Assembly (NCBI RefSeq): GCF_036563305.1
Contig: NZ_DATCMQ010000006.1
Location: forward strand, 268,233 to 332,232
Reading direction: 5' to 3'
DNA: 64,000 nt
DNA from: Noviherbaspirillum sp.
Lineage (GTDB): Bacteria; Pseudomonadota; Gammaproteobacteria; Burkholderiales; Burkholderiaceae_D
Shown here one piece after another: positions 22,718-30,470 of this stretch (its first letter is position 1; every line of letters starts with the position of its first letter). Under the pieces are notes generated by a model. That model made no database searches. It was given only the letters and a program-made list of their open reading frames with translations, and had not been told where the DNA came from. The translations under genes were made by a program, and so were the position numbers.

Positions 22718-22763
22718 GACGATTGAAGTATTCTTCAACATGTTGAAGAATACTTCAATCGTC
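22718..22763. repeat. 46-bp perfect palindrome
   Basis: gacgattgaagtattcttcaaca|tgttgaagaatacttcaatcgtc. I checked base by base that the 23-nt arms are exact reverse complements with no spacer. It lies in an AT-rich stretch with no convincing gene. Confidence 0.9.
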
Positions 22764-22933
22764 GCGATACAAGGAGCGGTCAACATTCGGTGACAGGATT
22801 CGCCTCGTGAAAGGACTTTCACTTACTTTTTGCCAAAACTGCCGCAGGGAAGGACTTTGACTGTCATGCAGGTGTCTGCAGGCTCGCAGTCCTTCAATAC
22901 GGTGAAGCAGCTACATGTGTCCTTAGCCGGTGG

Positions 22934-23206
22934 ATGCGGATGGTGACAGAACAGTCTTTGGTGGCGAAGGCGTATCAGGAGTTCGACGATAACGGCCGCA
23001 TGAAGCCGTCCTCGTACTACGTGCACTGGGTCGACGTAATGGAAGAACTCTACAAGTTCACCCTGCTTGTGCGAGACCGCTCGGATTACCTTACGAGCAG
23101 GTACAGTGAGCGCAAAGAAGCATTTCCGGAGCTGGTTACCAGTTTGGCGGCAGCTGCAATGAGCCACGAAACTGGTCTGGACGAGACCAAAGATGAGCTG
23201 GAGTAA
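22934..23206 (+). CDS. Hypothetical protein (90 aa); weak call
   Basis: Supported only by the ORF. It overlaps an antisense ORF of similar length (22823-23167), and only one of the two can be real. Confidence 0.3.
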   Translation: MRMVTEQSLVAKAYQEFDDNGRMKPSSYYVHWVDVMEELYKFTLLVRDRSDYLTSRYSERKEAFPELVTSLAAAAMSHETGLDETKDELE

Positions 23207-23378
23207 GGCGTGCTTCCGACTGCAACTAGAGCTGATAACAACGCTTCATCGAAGCCAAACTGAACAGGATTCATGAATATGTCGCATTGGAAGCAATCAA
23301 TGGTTCCGCGTTCGAGCTTCGCTAACCACCGGCCGGCCACGGGCAATTGAGGCGATTACCTCCGCCGGTCCTACCTGC

Positions 23379-24095
23379 TTACCCCTGTTTTTCCGGTACG
23401 TGCATCCGACGGGCCGTCGACAATAGAAGCAGGTCGTAAGCTATCTTCAGTCCTCCGGCTACAACTAGTGGCCATCCGAAGCTGGAAACGCTCAACAGAT
23501 AGCCTGCAATCGTCGGGCTGACTGCCGAGGCAAGGCTCCGTGGGACAGCCGTCACGCTTGCAGCGGCTGCCCGTTCTTCTGGTGGGACGACGGCCATTAC
23601 AAAGGAACTCCTGGTCGGCACGTCCATCTGCGACAGCGCACTGCGCAAAAGCAGCAGCGTGATTGCCCACGCCAGTGACGGCATGAATGGCACCAGGACC
23701 AGGAAGATGTTCGCGGGGAGATGCGTGAAGACCATGGTATTGACCAGGCCGAAGCGGTTGGCGATGCGGACCGCGACCAGGTAGGAAAAAGCGGACAGTA
23801 CACCTGTCCAGAAGAAGATAGCACCAGCGACCACCGTGGATAGTTCAAATTTTTGAAATAGCCAGAGCGCGACCAGGGATTGGACGACAAATCCTCCTCC
23901 GAATGAGTCAAGGCTGAACAAGGCCGCAAGTGTGAAAACAGTTTTCTTCGACCGTCGCAGCGGCGCCGCTTCTGCATGCTTGGCAGACGATACTCGCCCA
24001 GGCACCGCGCGGTACAGGAGGCCGCAAAGCAGCCCGATAAAGCCGTACAGGAGAAACATGGCTTGCATGACGGCCTTTGAGTCTACCTTCAGCAA
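23379..24095 (-). pseudogene. MFS transporter fragment (C-terminal half only)
   Basis: 238 aa with about six hydrophobic helices and an MFS-like loop. It lacks the N-terminal six-helix half and abuts the ATPase fragment. Confidence 0.6.
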
Positions 24096-24129
24096 GCCGA
24101 CAAGGTATTCGGGAGCCGCGGCGAAGAGT

Positions 24130-24606
24130 TAACCGCAGCCCGACGAGCTGCCCGTCGGCGGCTAGATACATGACGCTTGCACCGTCGTTTCGAAGCTCTT
24201 CAGCCTGTTCGACAAGGGTTTTCCAGTCGACCTTCTCCTGGTCCATCAGGGCAGTGTTGCCGAGTGCGATACGCCGTCCCTTGACTGCACCGCGCACGCC
24301 TATACCGTTTGAGGACTCAAACGTTTCCGGCTTGTCGAGCGCAATACCACCCTTCCGCACTTCGTCGACAACCGTATGTGCCAACGGATGTTCACGGCCC
24401 TGGTCGATACTTGCAGCAATCTGAAGTACGTCTAAATCAGAGAAACTCGGGGCGGCGACTACGCGGTCGAAAGCTGTCTTTCCCTCGGTCAGAGTACCGG
24501 TCTTATCGACGATGAGGGTGTCAATCTCGCGCATCGCCTCGATAGCCGCCTGTAGCGGGAACCATAACCAGAGATTTTGGGAAGCATTCATTGAGACATT
24601 TATCAA
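24130..24606 (-). pseudogene. P-type (heavy-metal-type) ATPase internal fragment
   Basis: Contains the phosphorylation motif DKTGTLTEGK and an N-domain segment (GREHPLAHTVV, GIGVRGAVKGRRIALGN). Both the membrane N-terminus and the C-terminal hinge/TM regions are missing, and the ORF runs out of frame into the MFS fragment. Confidence 0.7.
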
Positions 24607-24926
24607 TTAATGCATCCTAATAGGTAGGGTCGCTGGTGCTTCGTTTCGGGAAAAGCCTAGCCTCCAAATGGGGCTAGGCTTTTTTAGCGCTTATTTTTGT
24701 TTCCAGGCCCGGAGGCGGCTTGGGGAGCAGTGCCGGAGGGTATTTCCAGTGCGGGTGCATATAGTCCCTCTACTGTGCTTTTTGATAAAATCTTAAAATC
24801 GAGCAAGTATCATGCGGGCTGCAACCGTGACGCCGTTATGGTATGCGCAACTTAATCAATCCACGACTCGCCCGATGGAGCAGCGTCGGCATGCCGACAA
24901 TCTCTGCTGCTGACAAAGTTAATCCA

Positions 24927-25262
24927 ATGCCTATACAACTGGCGTTTCAAGACGAAAATCTTCGAAAAGTTTGCGAGAGCACTGTTTCGGCGAAGCGCAA
25001 GTACGGCAGACTCGCCGGACCGTCGCTTCACGCGCGTCTGGCGGACTTGAAAGCGGCAGACTCGCCTGCGGACCTTGTCGAGTGGGGGTTCGCAGAATTT
25101 GACCAGGCATCTAAAGACAGGATTGTCATTTTTGTTGACGATTGCTACCGTATTCTTATAGCTGCTAATCATAAGCCGCCGCCTGGCACACCAGGACAGC
25201 TGGACTGGAAGCAGGTAACGCGAGTAAAAATCTTATCCATAGAGCGTGGCAATGAGAACTGA
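24927..25262 (+). CDS. HigB-like (RelE/ParE-superfamily, 'killer protein'-type) toxin candidate
   Basis: About 111 aa starting MPIQLAFQDENLRK. The gene order (toxin first, overlapping the HTH gene by 17 nt) and the pattern L..L.aA.sp.DL....f are HigB-like. The assignment is by resemblance only. Confidence 0.5.
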   Translation: MPIQLAFQDENLRKVCESTVSAKRKYGRLAGPSLHARLADLKAADSPADLVEWGFAEFDQASKDRIVIFVDDCYRILIAANHKPPPGTPGQLDWKQVTRVKILSIERGNEN

Positions 25263-26364
25263 AGTTGATTTCGCTCCCATGTGGGCGGTTCCACCGGGCC
25301 GAACCATCTCCGATTTGATGAAGTCGAGAGGGATTGCTTCGACTCGCGTGGCTCGTCTGCTAGACATGACCGAGAATGACTTCAATAGCCTTTTGGCGGG
25401 AAAGCGCGCCTTGACGGTAGGTGTTGCCGCTCGTCTGGAGGTCGCACTTGGAGCATCGGTCAGCTTTTGGCTGCACCGCGAGGAACAGTACCGAAAGCAG
25501 CTGGCGCAGTTGACTGACGGGGTCGACCCGGACAACGAAGACTACAAGTCCTGGCTCAACGCCCTTCCTGTCAAGGAAATGCAAGGTCTTGGATGGGTCA
25601 AATCGACTAAAGACAAAACTGAAAAGCTTCGCAGGTGCCTTGAGTTTTTTGACGTTCCAAATCTTGATGCGTGGTACCGGACTTACGTCGACTTGAAAGC
25701 TGCGACTGCCTTTCGAACAACGGATGCATACCTTGAGAATGCACCTGCGACCGCAGCTTGGCTCAGGCAAGGCGAACTGCAGGCGGAGCGTGTTGAATGC
25801 GGTAACTGGAGCCCTAAGCAATTCGAGGCGCAGTTGACCAAGATTCGTAGCTTGACCCGGATAGCTGCCCCATCCGATTTCCTGCCAAAACTCCAAAAAC
25901 TGTGCGCAGAAGCAGGCGTCGCCGTTGTCATCCTAAAAGCACCGAAAGGATGCAGAGCAAGCGGCGCAACTTTCTTCGCTAGCCCCAACAAGGCCGTGCT
26001 GCTCTTGTCTTTCCGCTACTTAAGCGATGACCAGTTCTGGTTCTCTTTTTTTCACGAAGCAGCGCATTTAATTTTGCACTGGGATGCTGAATTGCTGATT
26101 CTCGAGACCTCAGACGGCCCCAAGTCTCCTAGAGAGGGAGAGGCCAATCTTTTCGCAGCAGAGCAACTCCTACCACGCGAATTCCAACAGCGTTTGCCTG
26201 AGGCCGCTAAGAGCTTGAGAGGTATCGTGAAGCTCGCCCGAGACGCGGGTGTATCCTACGGGATTGTGGTCGGACAAATGCAGTATCGTGGGCTAGTCAG
26301 GCCCGACCGCTACAACCGTCTGAAAACCCGCTACAAGTGGGAGCAATTAACCTCGGAAAGCTAA
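25246..26364 (+). CDS. XRE/HigA-type HTH fused to an ImmA/IrrE-family zinc metallopeptidase domain
   Basis: N-terminal HTH (ISDLMKSRGIASTRVARLLDMTENDFNSLLAGKRALTVGVAARLEVAL). The C-terminal domain carries a HEXXH motif (FFHEAAHLILH). Confidence 0.75.
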   Translation: MAMRTEVDFAPMWAVPPGRTISDLMKSRGIASTRVARLLDMTENDFNSLLAGKRALTVGVAARLEVALGASVSFWLHREEQYRKQLAQLTDGVDPDNEDYKSWLNALPVKEMQGLGWVKSTKDKTEKLRRCLEFFDVPNLDAWYRTYVDLKAATAFRTTDAYLENAPATAAWLRQGELQAERVECGNWSPKQFEAQLTKIRSLTRIAAPSDFLPKLQKLCAEAGVAVVILKAPKGCRASGATFFASPNKAVLLLSFRYLSDDQFWFSFFHEAAHLILHWDAELLILETSDGPKSPREGEANLFAAEQLLPREFQQRLPEAAKSLRGIVKLARDAGVSYGIVVGQMQYRGLVRPDRYNRLKTRYKWEQLTSES

Positions 26365-27273
26365 ATATGCCGAGGGGCTTTTCTGCCAATTGCAAAGCGA
26401 GTCTTCAATCACCTGCATTCCGACGCCCAAAGCTTTGTCGAGCTCTATTGAGAGCTCGTCGAGCTTTTTCTTGGATAGAAACTCATCGTCCACTGCGCCA
26501 CGGAATAGCAGGCGTGCGCCGCGCACAGGCCCTGTCCCGTGCACCATGTAAGCCGAGGGCGGAACCAAATCTGCCAGGCCGATTTTCCCGACCATCGTGA
26601 GAAAGTCAAACTTTGCAGTTCTTCCAAATCGGTGCACGGCATTCATGCTCTGGTATAGGTAGTCAAACAACTTCTTTGGGTCCGTTCCAACCTTTGCTTT
26701 CGCCGAATCCATGAGGGCTTTGTGTGACCTACTCGGCCCTACCCAGTCAGCGTAGCTCTTAAGAATTACGTCGAGCTGGTCCAGGCTTTCATATTTGCGA
26801 TGGTTGCCAAATGGAAAGTCCGCACGTTGTTTCTTGATGTTGTCAAGATGTTGATGTAACCAAATCGAGAACTTGTCTGGACTCTCCGAAAATTTCTCCC
26901 ACGTCCAAACGAACTGGTCATTGAAAGCCCCATACACCATACGTACCAGACCATAACCCTTCGTGAGATGCTTCCCACAATGCACGAATAGGAAGACTAG
27001 CCAAAACGCCTCGTCCTCATTGCCCATACGCAAATAATGGATGGCCGCTCGAAGCGGGTCGAACATGGCTGCGTCTTTGGGGTCGAGCCGTCTTGGTGAG
27101 ATGTCTCGCTTTGCAATCGCTTTAACGTAGTTAATGCGAGCGACACTATCTACCATTTGTGCGACGAGCGCAGTGAGTTCTGCCTGAGATGGGATACCTG
27201 GCAACGGCTTTCCATCGACGCGATAGTTTCTAAGTTGCTGCTCAAGTTGTGCCGCGAGTTTTGGATTCTTCAT
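26347..27273 (-). CDS. HhH DNA-glycosylase-fold protein, possibly alpha-glutamyl/putrescinyl-thymine pyrophosphorylase (aGPT-Pplase clade 3)-like
   Basis: 308 aa, the last gene of a three-gene minus-strand operon. The HhH-like segment HRFGRTAKFDFLTMVGKIGLADL resembles the GxG..TA..fL hairpin of HhH glycosylases. The family name is a recollection-based hypothesis and has not been verified. Confidence 0.4.
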   Translation of the reverse strand: MKNPKLAAQLEQQLRNYRVDGKPLPGIPSQAELTALVAQMVDSVARINYVKAIAKRDISPRRLDPKDAAMFDPLRAAIHYLRMGNEDEAFWLVFLFVHCGKHLTKGYGLVRMVYGAFNDQFVWTWEKFSESPDKFSIWLHQHLDNIKKQRADFPFGNHRKYESLDQLDVILKSYADWVGPSRSHKALMDSAKAKVGTDPKKLFDYLYQSMNAVHRFGRTAKFDFLTMVGKIGLADLVPPSAYMVHGTGPVRGARLLFRGAVDDEFLSKKKLDELSIELDKALGVGMQVIEDSLCNWQKSPSAYLAFRG

Positions 27274-27298
27274 GTCGATTAATATGGTCCTGAAGTGT

Positions 27299-28366
27299 TT
27301 ACCGCTCGTGTTCGTTGTTGTCGCTCATCGGCTGCTGGCCGTCGAGCTCTTCAGCGTCAAACAGCATCGGTTCTGCAGGCTGTGCCGGCTCTGGATTGCG
27401 GCGCTGACGCTTCAAGATGTGTGCATCGTAGACAGGCGAGTCCATTAGCTTCTTAATGTCGTGAATCTTCTTCCGCTGCGCGCGACTGGCCGAATCTCGT
27501 GAATGCCGAAAAACCTCGAGTAGTCGTACTAGGTCGCACCAATAGGGGTCGAGGTTTGCGAAAGAAGGCCGCCTTCCACGCCTGATGTTTCGCTCCGCGT
27601 TCAAGAGCTTTTCGACTGATGGCCATGGGTCGCCAAGTGGCATAGGCGGCATTGGAATGCGTTCCTGAACACCTTCCTCAAGATAATCATGAATCGCTTT
27701 CGTATTCTTGGTGTACAGGTGAAGGCTCCCGACCGCATGTTTGTAAGGTCCAACCTCGACGCCAAGTGAGCGTGCGATTAGCTCCTGAAGCATGGTGAAC
27801 GCGAAGACATCGTGTGGAAGTCCCATAAATGCATCGTTCGAACGCATCATCACCATCGCATGAAGCTGATGGTTGCGAACAGTGAATTGCAATGTGCAGG
27901 TACAGGGGAGGTCTTCGCGCCGACTCTTGAGATTCTCAGATAGGTCTTCTCCGCGAAAAAGTTGAATGACGGCTCGCCGGGATGACTGGCTCGCCCTCAG
28001 GGTTTCGATTACGTTCTGGACCTGGTTGATGCTTCCATTTAAGGCGAACAGACGAGGACCGTAAGCTCCATAAATCGTCTCACCGTCATCGGAATATTCG
28101 CCATATTTCGAAATGTAGTATTGGATAAAATCCAGTTTGTCTGTGCCCGCGAGGTACCAAAGTAACTCACCCAAGCAGCTGAATAAGGTACTTTTCCGTT
28201 CGGTTCGGCTTAACCGGGCACGTGGATTTTTAATCTGCAGCAGGGCGCCGTTAATCTCCGTCGCGGCACCTTTGGTAGGCGTAATGTCGGACGACCCGCG
28301 CTTACGCAGCAAGCGACGATAAAGCTTAAAGAGAAGGTCGTCGAGTGTTTCTGCGCTCAAATACAT
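27299..28366 (-). CDS. Divergent thymidylate synthase (ThyA)/pyrimidine C5-hydroxymethylase-family enzyme with a C-terminal extension
   Basis: ThyA-family landmarks: ELLWYLAG; the catalytic-Cys region DLPCTCTLQF (compare PCH..FQF); RSNDAFMGLPHDVFAFTMLQ (compare RS.D.flG.PFN); GSLHLY (compare GD.HlY). An extra charged tail of about 100 aa follows. Confidence 0.8.
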   Translation of the reverse strand: MYLSAETLDDLLFKLYRRLLRKRGSSDITPTKGAATEINGALLQIKNPRARLSRTERKSTLFSCLGELLWYLAGTDKLDFIQYYISKYGEYSDDGETIYGAYGPRLFALNGSINQVQNVIETLRASQSSRRAVIQLFRGEDLSENLKSRREDLPCTCTLQFTVRNHQLHAMVMMRSNDAFMGLPHDVFAFTMLQELIARSLGVEVGPYKHAVGSLHLYTKNTKAIHDYLEEGVQERIPMPPMPLGDPWPSVEKLLNAERNIRRGRRPSFANLDPYWCDLVRLLEVFRHSRDSASRAQRKKIHDIKKLMDSPVYDAHILKRQRRNPEPAQPAEPMLFDAEELDGQQPMSDNNEHER

Positions 28367-28434
28367 AGTGACGGTTCAAACAGCATCTGAAGCCAACAAA
28401 ATCCTAGAAGTCAATGAGACATCATGATGTAAGT

Positions 28435-28752
28435 TCACTCAAACAACCGGAGCTGCGAGTCTGCTTGGGCTACCGATGCATGAAGTTCGAGTTTTAGTTG
28501 ACGTCCACGCGAAACAAGCGTGCGGCGGTCGGCCGCCACAGCTCCCCGGCTAAGTGCCATGGCCCTAATTTCGACAGTGACATCGTAGTGGGGCAGCGAT
28601 GCATTGGCATGAAACCAGGTGCGCTTCAATCCCAGGGACTTCGCGAACCGATGTAGTTCATCAAGCGAATCGGCAACCAAATGGCACCATTGGCGTCTGC
28701 GCCAAGCTATTCGAACATTATCAACGTAGACCGCCACGGACCCCTCTCTCAC
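28435..28752 (-). CDS. DUF4031-like small protein
   Basis: The pattern VYVD...W.HL.AD..EELH.FA..LGL.R.WF......PHYDV matches my recollection of DUF4031. The GTG at 28737 may be the true start. Confidence 0.55.
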   Translation of the reverse strand: MREGSVAVYVDNVRIAWRRRQWCHLVADSLDELHRFAKSLGLKRTWFHANASLPHYDVTVEIRAMALSRGAVAADRRTLVSRGRQLKLELHASVAQADSQLRLFE

Positions 28753-29061
28753 CGAATGATTCTATTTTAGTACCAGTGCCCTAATGATACTCTGCAATGC
28801 TTTCTGTCGAGAATTATGACAATTCTAACTTGTGCAGCTTGAAAATCCCGCCGTTATTGCCTATTTTGTAAATTTACTTTAGTGCAACGCCGGCACCTAG
28901 TAATACAGTGATGAGTCAGTATTAGCCTTGCTGACCGCCTGTTAGGTCGTGCCCCCTATTTGTGAGAGGGTACGAATTGGGAGCTGGCGATGAAAGAGGT
29001 CTGGCTGTGGGCGAATCCGACGGAATGGGCCGCATCCCGTGCACCGTGCGCCGCTCTGCCC

Positions 29062-29232
29062 CTATTTAAGTCCGATAGTTTCCACTCCCATGGCCCGCAG
29101 GCAGGCGACCAGGAATGCCGCGCTGAACCGTCTGCGAGTGACCTTGCGGTTTATCTGCTCGGGCGACTCGTTGATTCCCAGTTCCTCGAGCATTCGCGAA
29201 AGCTGTTTGTAACGGATGCCACGCCGAATCAT
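29062..29232 (-). pseudogene. DUF6471-like small HTH gene, probably 5'-disrupted
   Basis: I hand-translated the minus strand to ...WEHFAKELIEAEMIRRGIRYKQLSRMLEELGINESPEQINRKVTRRRFSAAFLVACLRAMGVETIGLK*. The conserved N-terminal part has no in-frame start. An ATG (about 29314) sits in another frame upstream of a G5 run, which suggests a frameshift. Confidence 0.4.
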
Positions 29233-29564
29233 CTCGGCTTCTATCAGCTCCTTCGCGAAGTGCTCCCAAGCCCCATAAGGCTGAGCCCCCGCTCCTTCGT
29301 GCGCGCCGGTTCGTTCATCACTACCCCTCGGCCTTAAAGAGGCCTTTGTCCATATCGTTCCGCCATTCTCCCATAGCTCTTTTCGGTCGTATGCGACCGA
29401 TTGCTGCCGCTGCTCTCGACACGTCTTCAGTAGGTTATTTTTTTGAAGGCAAATTGGTGAGAAGTACTTTTGGTAGTGCGCTGTCGACCCAACAGGCGCC
29501 GGTTGCGGTTTCGGGCCAATGTGTTTGGTTGGTTCTATAGAGGGCTCAAATCTCGTGATGGCGC

Positions 29565-30401
29565 TCAGCCACCGCCGAACCCGTACTCTCCGACAAAGTC
29601 CCTGGCGTTTGAAAGCGCTAATTGGTACTCAGGCGGTGTCTGTCTGGCCGGCTCGGTGGCAATACGTAGGTCTTGGACCGTGTACCCAACCATGCATCGG
29701 CGTACTCGCAATGTTCTGCTTTCCTCGCCGCCCAGGTACTCGTCCCGAAGAAGCCGAGCCTGCCCGTCCGCTAGACCTGGGTGAGCTTGCACGACCAGAT
29801 TGACGAACTCGGACCAGTCCTTGTCCGTCTGCGCGGCGGCCGGCGCTGGTTCAGCATTGAGAGCAGCTTTCGCGATGCGTCCTAGCGCGAAGTCTCGAAA
29901 GGCTTGCCGGTGTACACACCATGCACGAACGTGCCATCGGCGAGCAGCTCGAACGAGCGCATGCGGGTAGACAAGGCGGTCCAGTCCTTCTGGGGCTGCC
30001 AGCGACCGATAGCAGATGCGTAGCCCTACGCGTCTACGGCAGGCCTGGGTGATGAGGGCAAAGAGCGCAGGGCGGACCGGTGCCAAATCAAGTCGTAGGT
30101 CTTCGACCGTGAACTCGATATGTGAGAAGCCAAGCTTTTGAACCAGCTGCAGATACTCGTCAGGGCTGTTGCCGGCCAGCCTTGGTTGGAACGACTTTGT
30201 GGGGGTGATGGGCGCATACGGGGTGGCTCGCGTGACCATGTCGGTGAACTCCGCCAAGAAGGCTGCCAGCAGGCGGCTGGCCTGTACGGACTGGATGCCG
30301 AATACCTTACGCAGGCGACTGTTATCAATTTCGCCTTCCCAACGAAGCAGCACTTCCATGTCTCGCAGGCGCAGCTGTGCCGGGGTGAGTGGCGTGTCCA
30401 T
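29565..30401 (-). CDS. WYL-domain transcriptional regulator (BrxR/CapW-like), divergent from jetA
   Basis: 278 aa. It has an N-terminal wHTH-like region and a WYL core (RWHVRAWCVHRQAFRDFALGRI). It lies 69 bp head-to-head with the Wadjet operon. Confidence 0.75.
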   Translation of the reverse strand: MDTPLTPAQLRLRDMEVLLRWEGEIDNSRLRKVFGIQSVQASRLLAAFLAEFTDMVTRATPYAPITPTKSFQPRLAGNSPDEYLQLVQKLGFSHIEFTVEDLRLDLAPVRPALFALITQACRRRVGLRICYRSLAAPEGLDRLVYPHALVRAARRWHVRAWCVHRQAFRDFALGRIAKAALNAEPAPAAAQTDKDWSEFVNLVVQAHPGLADGQARLLRDEYLGGEESRTLRVRRCMVGYTVQDLRIATEPARQTPPEYQLALSNARDFVGEYGFGGG

Positions 30402-30404
30402 ATT

Positions 30405-30426
30405 TTATCTTGTAAGATAAGTTATC
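30405..30426. promoter_or_regulatory. Candidate operator in the WYL/jetA divergent promoter region
   Basis: ttatctt-gt-aagataa is an inverted repeat, and a third ttatc half-site follows directly (gttatcc). The surrounding spacer is AT-rich. Confidence 0.45.
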
Positions 30427-30470
30427 CTTGAAAATAATACTTCAAAAGTGCATGGACCAGGCAAGGTCCA

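Noticed and set aside
22444-22793. Short ORFs 22444-22668 (-) and 22590-22793 (+) in the AT-rich region.
   Set aside because: They overlap each other and have no motifs. The plus-strand ORF is read straight through the 46-bp palindrome, which accounts for its mirrored peptide (IEVFFNMLKNTS). They are likely non-coding.
24640-24690. Hairpin aaagcctagcc-tccaaatgg-ggctaggcttttt, which resembles a terminator.
   Set aside because: The structure is real, but no intact gene reads into it on either strand (the adjacent ATPase is a fragment). It is probably a relic terminator, so I did not list it as a functional feature.
28990-29337. 115-aa plus-strand ORF between the DUF4031 gene and the WYL regulator.
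   Set aside because: It has no recognisable motif and poor composition. The opposite strand encodes a much more protein-like DUF6471-type segment, so the plus-strand ORF is probably a shadow.
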